A stretch of DNA of 64,000 bases from Prasinococcaceae sp. CCMP 1430. Taxonomy: Eukaryota; Plantae; Prasinodermophyta. The notes beneath the pieces were generated by a model. It was not told the DNA's origin, did not search any database, and was given only the letters and a program-made list of their open reading frames with translations. Both the position numbers and the translations under genes were made by a program. The stretch is from NCBI GenBank assembly GCA_013416795.1, contig RQSC01000008.1, forward strand, positions 248,497 to 312,496, given 5' to 3'. Shown here one piece after another: positions 35,001-48,289 of the stretch (its first letter is position 1; every line of letters starts with the position of its first letter).

Positions 35001-38000
35001 TTGAGGTGCGCTCTGCTATCCAAGTCGATACAGAGCACGGAGGTGCTGGGGCGTCTGCGAGTGCAGTGTCTGGCGCCGCGCTCGCCGTACCCGTGCTCGC
35101 CCGCTTGGGTGTATACGAGCAGGCCGACTCGCTGTACGCTGCGGCGGAGGAGGCAGGCGCTGCCATGAGGATCGCCCGCGAAGCAGCGCGCATTGGGCTT
35201 GCCGAGGAGCGCGCGCTCGCAGAGTGTGGCGTGGCAAGCGAGGGTGCGCTCGCAGAGTGTGGACTCGCGCGTTCCGTGCGTGACAGTGCGACGAATCGTG
35301 GCAGCGCCAAGCGCAAGCGTGGCTTACCGAGCGCTACCGCCCTTGAGAAGCCGCTTGCGCCGCTCCTTCGCAGCGTGGCCGCCGTCGTCATTGAGGCCGC
35401 CGAGCACCTTGCACGCGACGAGACCCATGTATCCGCACGTGAGGGCATACATTCGCTCGCAAAGCTCAACGAATGGCGCGCTCTCCTTCTGGCATGCGCA
35501 GTGCGTGGACCGCTTGACGCGGAAAGCTTCGCGCCGCTGTGGGACCGCTACAGCTCAGCGCTCGTTGGCACGCTGGATGTCGCCTTCGGAGGAGGCACCC
35601 ACGTGCGGGCGCAAACACGCGCGTCGCTTGAGGCGCGGGCGGCGGCCGCCGAAATTTCCACCGCATTGCGTGCTCTAGCACCCCCATGGGACCCGCTGCT
35701 CCTGTTGCATGGTGGCAGACCCACGCCGCCGCGTAGTTTGGTTCTCGGAGAGAGCATCGCCGCTGCACGAGCGCACTGCGACGCTCTCGCGTTGTCGCTG
35801 GGTGACGCGGGCTATGCGTCCGCGGCTGGATCGGAGAGCGTTGGCGACGATGCGTCATTTGATATCAACGATGTCGCCGCGCGCGCGGCGGCACTGCAGC
35901 CGCGCGCAGCGCCGTGCTTTGCGGCCGACGCTGCACTGCGTGGCGCACTCGCGCGCGGGCTGTGCTTGGTGCGCCAGACGGCCACGGCCAGCTCGTTGGA
36001 CGATTTTGACGCCGCGGGTGAGAGCGCTGCCGCTACCGCCGACGCCGAAGTGCAAGTGTCGGAGCTTGTGCGCCTTCTCGGCGAGCAGGTCGCCGCCGCC
36101 TCCTCGCGCTTGTCGTCTGTCCCGAGCATCAGCACGTTGCCTCTCCAGGAGGAAGGTTGGGTGACGCGGGTGAGCGGACAGGCCGGCGGTGGTGGCCTGC
36201 CTCTCGCCGCGCGCGCCTTCCCCCCCGAGCTGCTGAGGTGGGGGGTATGCCGCGCGATGCAGCGCGATCTTCAGCCCCTCGCCGACGGACTGGTGAGCGG
36301 CGAGGCGTTGCGCGTGCTCGCGCGTGCTAGCGACTGGCTCGCTACTGGCACGGACGTATGGTCGGAGGAGGGGCTGGCACGTGTTCGCGTGCTTGGCACT
36401 GCTGCCGAGCGTTTGGTGCGTGTGGCGCAGGAAGCGGCGACGCTGCCTCCGAGCGCGCTCGCGCCTGCTCAGCAACTTGCCTGGCTGTGCGCCATCTGCG
36501 TGGATACGCCCGCCCCAAGCGCAGGGAGTGACATCGCGCGCGAGCGTACCGAGCAGGCGGCCGAGGTTGTACACGATCTGTGGGTTGGCCTTTATCAGGC
36601 AGTATGGGGCAGCGCTTTGGCGGTGTTGCCAGCGAGTTCAGTGCGGCCGCCCTACGCGGGCGATGCGTGCACGCCTGAGGGAGCCTCGTGGGACCCCGCT
36701 GACTGGTCTGCCCGCCGATGTGCGGGTCCGCCGCGCGTGTACCTGTCCTGGGCGACGCTGTGTTTACGTCGCATACTTGGCGGAGGCAGTGACTCGGGGG
36801 CAGGTACCGCTGTGAGCAGCGCACGTGCCAAGGCTATGCAGCTGCGCCTTGCGGCGCGTTACCTCTGCGACGCACTCCAGAGCTGCGACGGCCTACAGGA
36901 TGGCAGCGGAGCCCCCGACAGCTCGCCTGGCCCCCTTGATGTACCAGATCACGTGCGCCCAGGTGACTTTCGCGACCTGGGTGCAGATCTTTCGGCGTTG
37001 GGTGCACAACTCGCAGCAGTGTGTCGCGCCCACGCGACCGCCGTCGTCGAGGGGACAGGGAGTCGCGGGGTGCTCTTGCACGCTATCAATGAGCTCGCGC
37101 ACTTTGCGGCCATCGGCGTACGCGAGTGGGCGTCCGCTTCGTCTTCACAGGCGGCCGCGGCTGCGACAGGCCGCCTGCTAGGGGTGCTTGCCGACGACAG
37201 CGCGTGTACGCACCCTGGCATCGCTGAGGCAGCTCGCGAGGGCGGCGCACTGAAGCTCGCACTCGAGGCGTGGCACGCTGCCGCAGCAGCGTGCACACGC
37301 GGTGGAGACAGCGTGGCGGGAGCGATCCCCGAGGTTGATGCTTTCCAACCGCTGCTGCTTGCGGGCCGCTCGTGGGCCCTGCTCGGTGCTCTACGCCTCT
37401 CGCTGGTGGTGCCGCCCACGCCAGTGGACCCCGCCGCGAAGTACACACACGAGTGCTCAAGTCAATCTGCGCTCGAAGCGGACGCTGCTCGCGAGCTCGG
37501 TCTGCGTGACGCCATTGCCCGCGAGGGCGAGGGCGAGGCGGACGTCGCAACTATTGCGGAGCTGACCCTGCGACGATCGCAAGCGGAGGCGTGCGCAGTT
37601 GCGGCCGCGCGCGATCGCGCGCCGCGTCCGGCGAGCCCAAAGTATTCTGGCCTGCACGCGGATCTACGCCGCTTCTCGCAGAGCGTCGCGTCGCCAGCGG
37701 CTGTGGCTGCGGCAGTCGATGCTGGTGGCGTTGGTGCCGATGACGCTTCCGTGGCGTCCGCCTGCGCTCGCGCGGACGTGCTCGTGTCGAGCGCAACACA
37801 GCTCGTGGAGCGTGTCAGCCGCACGTACGCGACGCACTACGCAGACGTAGCAGCTCCCGCTGTTCGCGCGGCGCTGGAGCTGAGGCATGGCGTGGCGCTG
37901 TGGAGCTGTGCTGCGGCCGCGCAGCGCTCGGCTGAGCCTGCCTCGCGTGGCACGCTGGAACGGGCCGTTGTTTCGCTCATGAGCTACCCTGCTGGCAGCA

Positions 38001-41000
38001 CCAGCGCGTGCGCGCGCGCGCAGGGTTCCCTGCACCCGCTGGTGGAGCCGCTGGTGAGTGGGGAGCTGCACAAAGCCATCGCGCAGCTTCAGTCGCGCCG
38101 TGCGGAGACTGACGATGCGGATGCCGACATGGGGCTCGAGCTGGGTGCAAGTCGCGCCGCCGAGCGTCAAAGGCTCGATGAGGGTGTGCGGACCGCGCGT
38201 ACCTCCCTCTCTTCGCGTGCTGGACTGCTTCAAGTAGCCCTCGAGCGCTGCTCGCACGCGCTGGGTTCAGCGCCCGCCGGCGGCGCGGATGCGTGTCTGG
38301 TCGGCGCGCATGTAGCGACGTCCAGACAACTCGTGTCCCTTTGGGAGGAGGCCAAGGACGCCGAGGCCCGTTTTGAAGCAGAGCGTGATTCGATCTACAA
38401 GAACAAGCCGGCGACGCATGCTGCTCCAGATGATGACGCCATGGCCGAAGCTCGCTTCCAGCGAATGTTCCCCGACCACACCGGCGATTTTGCTGACTTG
38501 CTGGATGCTCCCGACTCGCTCGAGGCCTCTGGTGCGCCGCAGCAGCTGAGCGGGCGGGCGGCCGCAGAGGCGGCAGCGCGCAAGGCGGCGGTGGCAGCCG
38601 CGGCCGCCGAGATGGATGAGCGCGCCGGCCGTCTCCGGGCCTCGATTGAGGACGGCGAGGCGCTGCGCGCGGTCGTACGCATGCATGCCACTGTCTTTGG
38701 CGGCCTCGCAGACGGAGATGAGCACGATGCTGGCGCTAGTAGCGGGGAGCCTGATGTCAAGCACAAGGCGGGCGCTGCGCCTCGTACCAGCGGCGCTGGG
38801 CGGGATGGGGGCAGTGGCGATTCTGATGGTGGTGTCGACGGCGGCGGTGCGCGCTCAGAGGACGAGTCTTTCGTTGCGGCGTACGATGCGGCTGCATCGC
38901 TGCTGCCGCTCCTGGGAGACGCGCTGCCACCCGCCCTCGATGTGCGAGTGGCCGACGGCCACGTCGTTCGCGCGTGTCTCGAGCACCGCCGCGTGCTGCG
39001 CGGATATTACACGCAAGCTGCGGAGGACGCAGCGCGCTTGGACACGAGCGCGGGCGCGGCGGCCAAGACGCGCGTGCACAAGGGCAAGCGTGGCATGCTC
39101 AGCGTCGGGTTGCCCACCATGAACATCAACACCGACAGCAACCCGTCAGAGGCGGCCATGCTCGGTCCGATGGTGGTCTCAGTACAAGAGCGCGCCGTCG
39201 AGCTGCTTGAGGAATTCGAGGAGCACGCTGTACTGCAGCAACTCGTGGCCATTTGTGTTCGCGTGGCGGACCTGCCGTTGTCTGCTCCGCTCGCCAAGCT
39301 GCTCACCGGCGCCGAGCTGTTGCTTGCGCGCGCACAGCTATGGGAGGAGCTCGCCGCGCGTCACGTTTCAATTGCGGAGCGGCTCAAGCCAATCGAATTG
39401 CTAGTGAAGAGGTGGCGATCCATCGAGCTCAAATCGTGGCCGGGACTGCTGGACACTCGTGAAGCTGCGGCATCCCATGGGACTGCGAAGTGGTGGCTCC
39501 ATATGTGGAGCCTGTTTCACACGTACGTGTCTGGCACGGAGAGCAGCGACTCGGTCAGCCTCGAGGAGGTATCACACTCAGTCGAGGAGTTTGCACAGCG
39601 CGCGACGTTGGGAGATTTCGGCTCGCGCGTGGAATTGCTGCGCGCTTTCGAGGCGGAGATGCGCGTGCTTGCGCGCATGCCGGGGGCGGCTAGCGCGGAA
39701 GCCACGGGGGAGCACAAGCACAGCTCGGGGCGCGCGGCCACGCTCGCTGCCGTGCTTGGCAATGCAGCAAGGTACTACGAGCGCATGGCCGACGGCGTTG
39801 CGGCCGCGATCAGCGAGGCACGTGCGCCCATTGAGGACGAGCTGAAGGGCTTTTGCAAGCTGGCACGCTGGGAGGATCGGAACTTCTACGCGCTGAAGGC
39901 AAGTGCCGATCGCGCGCACTACACGCTGCACAAGTTTACGCGCAAGTACGACGAGGCACTAGCGGAGCCTGCTGCCGCGGCTCTAAACAAGACGCTGGAA
40001 GCAGTGGGTGCGCAGGGGCTTGCGGCTGTCGCAGATGAGGCCCGCGCGGGCCTTAGCGGTGCAGCCGTTCGCGTGGTCTCAGAGGAGGAGCTCGCCACGC
40101 GCGCGCGCGAGGCCACGGACGGCGCATGGCGCTCATTTGCAGCGGACAATGCCAGCGTGCTTTCGCGCCTGGCGGGCGCCGGAACCACACGGAGCACGGA
40201 TTCGAGCGAGGCCCTTTACCAGCACCGCCTGCCGCACGTGCTCAAAACCGCGCAGCGGCTCATGCTCACAAGTGCAGGTGGCAGCGCGACAGGGTCGTCG
40301 GCATCAACGGATAACGCATCGGCCGCGCGCGCGGGCGCGCCCATCGCAGTAGGCGCAGTGGCCATGGATGGCCTTGCTACCGCCGTCATCGAGCGCGCTG
40401 CCTCCTTGCGTGCAATGGGTGAGGCAGAATCGGACGGGCAGAAGCGCATCGCGCGCTCGGCCAAGCGCAAGGCGCTCGCGGATCTGCTGCGTCGCCTGGG
40501 CGAGGTCGGTCTCGGCCGCCGCAAGGGCGGCGCGCGTGACCCACTCGCGCATTGGACGGCGCGCCCCGTGCCCGACACGGAACGCGCCCTCGGATGGTGT
40601 GGTGAGGCGCTTGTGGCCACTGGCGCGCTCTCACGCGAGGAGGCTGTGCGCGCCAAGGGGGCCGCCACCAAGGGCACGAGGTACTACTACGCGGCCATCG
40701 CCAACATGCAGGCGTTGCGAGCTGCGTACGACGGTGGGCACCACCCCGAGCTCAGCGGGCGTGAGGCCGCAGCGGGCATCTCTGCCGCTGAGGGGCTGCT
40801 CGAGCGTATGCAGGAGCAGCGCAGCGCCATGGTTGAGGAGCTCGGCGAGTTCGCACAACTCGACGAGGCGCTCGCGCTCGCGCATCGCGTCGGCGAGCAC
40901 GATTGCGTCGTTGGTGGGGCGGGCGCGGCTAGGGCGTGTGTTGTTTCGGCCACGAGCACGGCGCAGGCGTGCGCGCGGGCACGGGCGTGCGCGCGCGCAT

Positions 41001-44000
41001 GTGTGCGCGCATGTGGCGCGCTGATCGCCACGGACGGCGAGGCCGCTTCCGGTGGCGTCGCAGCCAGAGCGTCCGAGGACGCACGCGCCATCGGCGGTGC
41101 CCTCGAGGATGCTGGTGACGCGCTGCGCTACGCCCTTCGTGCTGATGGTGTGCGCTACATCGGCGACAACTTCAGCAACACCCCCGACGTTGTCAGCCGC
41201 GCTCTCCATTCCGCCGCAGAAGGAGCGCGCGCCGCGCTGTCGAAAGCACGCGATCGCGCCCGCGCGGTACCGCAGAGCTATGCCGCAGCGCCGTGTTGGT
41301 CGGCGCTGGCATGTGCGCTCAATGATGCCTTTGCCGACAGCACGTGCGACGTGGGCGCTGTGAAAGCCGAGGTGCACGACCCCGCAGACGGCGGCGATGG
41401 CGCGGTCGAGTGCGTGGAGGAGTGCGTCAAGCAGGTGATGCTCGCGACACAGGCAGTTGCAGCGCATCGCGCGCGCGGGGCGGCGGCGCACTCGCGCCGC
41501 CAGCGGGCGGCAGACGCGCGCGCGCGGGCTGCCCAGGCGCGCGAGAGAGCACGCGCCGCGGCTGAGGCCAAGGCCAAGGGCGCCGAGGCTGACGTGGCGG
41601 GCAGCGACGAGCCCGCCAACGCGAGCGACGAGGATGAGCAGGCAGAGAGTGTGGGCACTGTGCAGGAGTGGGACGCCGACGCGCTGGCACTCTGGTCTGC
41701 GCTACGCCCCGCGCGCGTGGCGACATCCGCGCGCCGCGCGCTGCGTGCGATCGCCTCGGACGTCTCACTGTCTCCGAACGCGCGATCGGAGCGCGCGGCG
41801 CAGCTCGCATGCTTGCTCGCGCCGGTGCGTGCGTGCGCGTTCGGCGCACTCGCGGACTTCATGGCCGCGCACAAGGCTGCTGGCAAGCTGAGCTATGTGT
41901 TGTGCAACCTTTTTGTGTCGCTCTGCAAGGAGGGCTTCTGCACGCCGCAGGAGCAGGCGGAGGGTGACGGCGCGGACGGTAAGATGGTCGAGGGCGATGG
42001 GACGGGCATGGCCGACGGCACCGGCACCAAGGATGTGGGCGATGAGATCGACAACGAGGATCAGCTCATGGGTACCAAAGATCAGGAGAAGCAAGACCAA
42101 CCCGAGCAGCAGGAGCGCGATAAGGACGAGGAGGACAAGGGCGTTGAAATGCAGCAGGACTTCGAGGGCGCCATGGAAGACATTTCTGAGGATGAGCAAG
42201 AGGATGCCGACGATGACCAGGAGGACGGCGACGATGAGGACCGGCTTGACGACATCGTGGGCGAGGCGGGGGAGGACGCCGAGGTCGTCGATGAGAAGCT
42301 TTGGGACGAGAAAGAGGACGAGCGCACCAATCCGCAAGATGAGAAGTATGAGGAGGGCAAGACTGCGCAGGCAGGCGAGCAGGAGCTTGAGTACCGCGGC
42401 AAGGACGACCCGGACGCCGATGACGACGCCGACGAGAAAGGCGAGGATAAGGGTGAGGACAAGGAGAAAGACGAGCCGGAGGACATTGACGTGGACGAAC
42501 AGCAGGCTGGCGAAGAGGAGGGCGACGCGCCCGACCCAGATGGCCCTGGCGTTGAGCAGTCCCACGGCTTCAACCTCGAGCAGGAGGAAGAAATGGATTT
42601 GCCTGAAAACATGCAGCTCGATGGCGACGAAGCCGGGGAAGACGATGGTGACGATGCCGCGGATGGTGATGACGAGGCAGGTGACGGCGGCGAGGAGGAT
42701 GGGAAAGCCGGCGAGGACGACGGCGGCGCGGCGAGTGACGGTGGCGACGATATCAAGGAGGACGCAGCAGCGCTTGACGGCGAGGAGAAGGAGGAGGAGG
42801 CTGACGGAGAGGACCAAGAGAACGTCCAGACCGAGCCTGCCGCTGATGAGGCCGACCAGGAGGATGGGGAGGACGAGCAGCCAGAAGGTGATGAAGGCGG
42901 CCACGACGCGCGTGAAGCTGGCGGTGAGGACGAGGACGAGCCTGAGCCTGAAGGCGAAGACAATGGCGACGGAGTGACCGCAGCGGGGCGCGAGCGCGGA
43001 GAAGACGACCAGGAAAACGCGGCGGGAGCGGGCACCGTGGACGAGCTTCCCCAGGGTGTCGACCTGCCGAGCGCCCCGCAGCGCGCAGATGCCGCGAGCG
43101 CTGCGGTGGCCACGGCGAGCGGCGCACAGGCTGGCGACGGCCAGCGCGCGAGCGGCGACCAGGCCAAGGAGGCCGCGGGTGCGAACGCAGAGATGCCTGA
43201 GGGGGACGCGGCAGGCGATGACGCAACTGGCGAGGATGACGCCAACGAGGGCCGCCGCGCACGTCTGCAGGACGATGCCGGCGCGCGTGAGGATGCTGGC
43301 GGCGAGCAATCGCAGCAGCGGCGGGATGCCGCGATGGCCTCCGAGGCCAATCCTTACCGCAGCCTGGGCGACGCTACTAAGCAGTGGCGCGACGCACTGC
43401 CTATGGTCGCGGACGCCGTCGAGGCCGGGGAGGACGAGCCGGAGGGCGCCGACGGCGATCCTGAGGCTGAGGGCGACGAATTTGAGTTCGCGGGTGCCGA
43501 TGACAAGCGCGGGGGCAGGCAGGTGATGGCTGCTGCCACCGAGGAGCAAGCGGCTGCCCAGCTGAAGGACGCCGAGGACGGCGAGCAGGAGGATCGCATG
43601 GCCGTCGATGGCGAGGAGGATGGAGGCGCCGAGGACGCCGACGCCGCGATGGTCGATGCTGATGCTGAGCGCACGGACACTGACCCCGATGCTGACGGCG
43701 AGGCTGAGCGCGGCGAGGCGGTCAAACGCCGTGCGCAGCCAGCCACCGCCGCCGATGCTAACGCGCGTGACGCACCCGCGGGTGCCACCGATGCAGCGGG
43801 CGGCGTGGCCGAGGGCGAGGCTGAGGAGGGCGCCAAGTCTCTGCACGATCTCCTGCGCGAGGACGCCGAGCGCGAGGAGGATCATGCGGCCGATGCGGCC
43901 GCCGCCGGGGACTTGGCGCTCGCGAAGGCCGTGTGCGAGCGCCTCGACCTGGACGCCGACGTGCCGGACGCCCTGGACCCCGACGCAGGCGCCGCTGCGC

Positions 44001-45353
44001 TCGCTGAGTACCGCCGCTCGCAGGCAGAGGGCGCGCTTCAGCGTGCTCAGGCTGGGGGCGAGCAATCTGAGGCCGACATGGAGCTTTGGCGTTCGGCTTG
44101 GCGAAAGGTGCGCTCGTTGCGCGGCCGTGCCCCGCGGCGCGCGCGCAAGTCTGGTCGCTCGCGTTTGCGCCTGGCCTGGAATCCAAAGTCCCGAGTTGAA
44201 ACACATCGTGTACCCACAGCTCGCGTATGGTGCTGAACACACCGACTCTTGAACCTTGCCTAGAGGAAGCCCGCACTGCGGGCGCGGCCCCTCAGCTGTT
44301 TGACACGAGTGGCGGGTGTAATGCCCGCCGCGATGACCGCCAGACCGTTCAGGGGCCCTACATCGCGACGCACTGCGCTCGCGGAAACGAGCGCGCATGC
44401 GCTCGGATGTGCAGGTGCTGCCGCGCACTGCCTCCCGTGCCCCGTGCGTGACGCTGACCTGCGCGTGCGCTTCGCTCCCAATGCCATTCTGCTGTCATCA
44501 GTACGAGAGTCTCACCGCGGGTGCGGCACAGGAGCTCACGGAGCAGTTGCGCCTCATCCTGGAGCCGACGCTCGCTGCTCGTCTGCAGGGCGACTTCCGC
44601 ACGGGCAAGCGCATCTCAATGAAGAAGGTCATCCCTTACATTGCCTCGCAATTTCGCCGTGACAAGATTTGGCTGCGGCGCACGCGGCCATCCAAGCGCA
44701 CATACCAGGTGGTGCTTGCGGTGGACGACTCGCGTTCCATGCGCGAGAACGCGTGCGCGCCGCGCGCAGTCGAAGCGCTCGTGACGCTCGCGAAGGCAAT
44801 GGCGGCGCTTGAGGTGGGCGAGGTGGGCCTGGTGGCTTATGGCGGGCCCGAGCGTGAGCAGGGCGTGCGCGAGCTGCACTCACTCGGCGCGCCGTGGAGC
44901 GATGAAGCAGGCGCGAGGGCGCTCAGCCAGCTCACCTTCGCCCAGGACAACACCATCGCCGACGAGCCTCTCGTGGCGCTCATGCGCCACCTGGGCACCA
45001 TGTTGGACGACGCAGCGGCGCGGGCGCCGCGCAAGGGCGACAGCGCGCTGCACCAGCTCACGCTGGTGGTATCGGACGGGCAGGTTCACGAGCGCGGCGC
45101 ACTTGCCGCGCTCATCCGCGAGGCGCAGGCCAAGGGACAGCTCATCATCCTCGTCATTCTAGACGCCAATCCAGAGCAGTCGCTGCTCGAGCAGAAGAGT
45201 GTGAGCTTCGAGCGCGGCGTGCCCGTCTTCAAGTCCTACCTGGACAGCTTCCCCTTTCCTTTTTACACGGTATGCAGGGACGCCAAGATGCTGCCAACGG
45301 TGCTCGCCAGCATCCTGCGCCAGGCGGTCGAGATGTCGACGTCCTCGATGTAG
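26069..45353 (+). CDS. MDN1: Midasin/Rea1 AAA-ATPase (~6,300 aa); one ~18-kb exon to 44107, intron 44108-44501, last exon 44502-45353; true start uncertain
   Basis: Six Walker A motifs (GPPGCGKS, GETGVGKT, GPTSAGKT, GETGCGKT, GSPGVGKS, GGSAVGKT), a long helical linker, a D/E-rich tail, then WRK|YESLT...ELTEQLRLILEP...GDFRTGKRI and a MIDAS/VWA domain (DDSRSM, SDG). Confidence 0.97.
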
Positions 45354-45578
45354 GATATACAGTACATATATGTAAGCTAGTGTCGTGTTGTACCATCATT
45401 GCTAAGTATGTGCGGTATCTTGCGCTTTCGCGTGCGTGCGAGGGCGTGCCCGCGTCATGGGGCGCCCATTGGCTGGGTCGCAACGGCCGTCACGGCGGCG
45501 CAATCGGAGGCTATGGCAGCTCGCGCCCACGCACGTCGATCAGTGCCATCATGATGGCATGCGGCGCGGCCAGTCCTG

Positions 45579-47513
45579 TCAGCGATGCGCACGCAATCGC
45601 GAGCGCGACGGTCGCGTCGATGCCGGGCTCCAGCCAGGCCGAGTGAACGCGTGCGGAGGCAGCGGAGGCAAAACATCGAGCTCAGGTGGTGGGCGCGCTC
45701 TCGACATTTGAGGGCGCTGACACGACGTACGAACGATCGGGTAGCCGCGCCTCTCGCGCGGAAAGTCGATGCCGTAGCACGAGAGTTGCCCGCCCGGCGC
45801 CACCCCGAGGGGGTTGTTGATCTCATCGTAGAGCAGCAAAGGAAGGATGAAGAAGAGCACGAGCAGAGAGACCAGGCCACCGACCAAGAGTGCCCACGTC
45901 TTCCAGCGCGGCATGGAGTGCACGCGCGTCAAGAAGAGGCTCGCTGGCACGAGCCCGCTCAGTAGTCCGCCCAGATGTGAGTACGACGAGACCGCATCGT
46001 CCGTGATGAGCTCAACCGTCATGATGGCCACGGCTCCCAGGAATATGAGGATGCGTGGGATGGGCCTCAAGATCGAGTCGAAGTTAACGACGAGGTCGGC
46101 GATGAGCAAGGCCACCATGCCGTACACGCCGCCGCTGAGGCCCGAGTAGATGCTGCAATTGCTTTCGAAGAGCGTGGACAGGAGATTGCCGCCGACTATC
46201 GTCAAGAGTACGGTGGGCGCCAGTCGCACGGCGCCGTAGCGCCGCTCAAGGAAGCCGCCAATGGCCGCGAAAGCGAAGCTGTTTGTTGCCAGATGCCAGA
46301 AGTCCACATGGACGAAGGCGCTGCTGGCGAGCGTCCACCAGCGGTTGCCTTCGGCGTACAGGAGCGGATCGAACCTGGCGCCCCACATGCCAAGGTAGTC
46401 GGGATCGAGCTTGGTGAAGCACTTGCGCATGAGCACCCAGTTGAAGATGCCCGCCCCAACGCCAAACTCGCGCTCGTACTGCTCCTTGCACTGATCGTCC
46501 GCGTAGGACGCGCCTGGATCTAAGACGGTGCAAACGTCGAGGCGCCACGCCGGAAATTGCGCGACTGCCGCAATCCACAGGCCCACACAGGCAAGAACGA
46601 TGAGCGGGGTGAGCATCACGGCGTGCCCCCCAACGCGGTTGGGCGCGATCGCGCGCCAGGCCTTCTTGCACGCCAACATGGCGCCGCGGCAGTCAAGGCG
46701 GACGCTCACGCCACAGCCACCATGGACACCCCCCCTGGGTGATTTGTCTCCCACGGCGTCATCGCCCCTTGTCGTCCTGCTGGTGCCATCACTCGCGAAC
46801 GTGGTCACGGCTGGAGGGTACTCTGTTGAGTGCCGCCGCGCGGGCTGGGGCGATTGCGCCCAGGCCTGGCTCGTCGTCGCTTGAGAGGCACCGGTGCTGC
46901 CTCCTCCTCCTTCCACGTCGAGGTCCGCGGGCGCAAGAACGCCGCGAGGTGTCGCATCCTGGCGCTGGCGCGCAGAGACGATCTCCCGCACCTCGGCTCC
47001 GTCTTGGGCCATGACGAGCTTCCTAGCGATCTGCAGCAGGGTGCGGGCGCCGTGCACGAGCGGGGAGAGGGGAGAACGAGGGGTCTTCTCGATTTCGAGG
47101 CCGTCGCCTCGAGCGGCTCGCCCGCCGCCGCGCCCGATCAATTCGGAGGGCGTCGAAGTCTGTTCGCGGGCATCGCGCAGGCCGTGTGTCCAGGCAGAGG
47201 CGAGGCGGTTGGCAAAGATTCCGCTGCCTTCGGCACCGCGGTGTGTGCTCCTGTCGTAGTCGCCCGAGCCCGTCACGCTGGCTGGCGTCCTGACCGATGT
47301 CACCTCGAGCAGCTCCGGACGGGCTAAGCCCGCTGTCCTAATTGGTGGCACCGGGCCGCGGCGGCGGCCGGCCTGGCTCGCGTCCCGCGCCGAGGGCAGC
47401 AGCGGCGGCGGCGCGCGCGCCGGCTCCGAAGGGGAGGGCGACGGCGGCGGCACGAACGCGAACACCTCCTCTCCGTCCGAGTCGGCGCGAACTGGCCCGG
47501 CGGCGTGCGCCAT
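45579..47513 (-). CDS. Rhomboid-family intramembrane serine protease with a long disordered N-terminus; 3' end may include an unresolved intron
   Basis: GAR...WWTLASSAFVHVDFWHLATN, LERRYG, catalytic GLSG and SHLGG; multiple TM helices. Confidence 0.88.
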   Translation of the reverse strand: MAHAAGPVRADSDGEEVFAFVPPPSPSPSEPARAPPPLLPSARDASQAGRRRGPVPPIRTAGLARPELLEVTSVRTPASVTGSGDYDRSTHRGAEGSGIFANRLASAWTHGLRDAREQTSTPSELIGRGGGRAARGDGLEIEKTPRSPLSPLVHGARTLLQIARKLVMAQDGAEVREIVSARQRQDATPRGVLAPADLDVEGGGGSTGASQATTSQAWAQSPQPARRHSTEYPPAVTTFASDGTSRTTRGDDAVGDKSPRGGVHGGCGVSVRLDCRGAMLACKKAWRAIAPNRVGGHAVMLTPLIVLACVGLWIAAVAQFPAWRLDVCTVLDPGASYADDQCKEQYEREFGVGAGIFNWVLMRKCFTKLDPDYLGMWGARFDPLLYAEGNRWWTLASSAFVHVDFWHLATNSFAFAAIGGFLERRYGAVRLAPTVLLTIVGGNLLSTLFESNCSIYSGLSGGVYGMVALLIADLVVNFDSILRPIPRILIFLGAVAIMTVELITDDAVSSYSHLGGLLSGLVPASLFLTRVHSMPRWKTWALLVGGLVSLLVLFFILPLLLYDEINNPLGVAPGGQLSCYGIDFPRERRGYPIVRTSCQRPQMSRARPPPELDVLPPLPPHAFTRPGWSPASTRPSRSRLRAHR

Positions 47514-48106
47514 CGCGGCCGCGCGGCGCGAGGCCGGCAGGGGCAACACCGACCGGCGATGCCAGTGGCCTGTCGGCTCTCGCCGCCGGGAGGGGCAGAG
47601 GAGGGCGCGACGCTGAGTACGTGCGAGTGGAGGGAGGACGCGCACACCACTCCGCGCACGCTATGGCAGCAGGTCGCCTTCGCCCCCAACACCTGCCGCC
47701 CGTGAGTGCGCGCCCGCGCGCGCGCCCGCGCGCGGTGCTTCGTCCCGCGCGCGCGACGGCCGGCAGCGCTGCCCCGCCGCCGATCCGGATCCGGCAGGGC
47801 CGAAGCGGCGGAGCGCGCGCGAGTCCGAGTCGGCCGCGTTCGCGCGCCGCGTTCAACACCCCGCCTCGCCGCACAAATGCAATGCGTTTTGACGTATTTT
47901 CACTCGCCCGTGGGCGAGTTTTGGCGCGCGCGCGTGCCACGCAGGGGCAGACCTTCCGGAGAATCTCCCATCTGATCGCATCGGACCGCGGCGTGATACG
48001 AAAAGGCGTTCAAAAAATGTGATGGACCTCGCCTCGCAACTTGCACTATGGTCGGTGGGGAACGCGTGCCGTGTGTGATTCGGTTCGGGGCAAAGTGTGT
48101 GTGCGT

Positions 48107-48152
48107 TGTTTGTTTGTTTGTTTGTTTTGTTTGTTTGTTTGTTTGTTTGTTT
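48107..48152 (+). repeat. (TTTG)n microsatellite in the divergent rhomboid/YrhK region
   Basis: About 11 copies with one TTTTG variant. Confidence 0.9.
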
Positions 48153-48289
48153 GCGGGGCGCTGAGGCCGCTGTGTGGGGCCGTGGCGCCGCGCGTGGCGC
48201 GCGCGGGCCGCAGGAGGGCGGGAGGGCGCGGGGGCAGGGTGCGGGCGGCACTTGCAGTCGAAGCGCGCGCGCGACGGCGGCGAGGGCGG

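Noticed and set aside
3000-44000. Many long antisense or alternative-frame ORFs (for example 3774-5375, 3692-4870, 13807-16158, 41765-44428, 42082-43350)
   Set aside because: They are shadows of real genes or low-complexity A/R/P/G frames expected at about 70% GC, where stop codons are rare. They show no recognisable motifs.
44110-44500. snoRNA or SRP-like hairpin (GGCGGGTGTAATGCCCGCC) in the midasin intron
   Set aside because: No C/D boxes or H/ACA architecture recognisable, and a single hairpin is unsurprising at this GC content.
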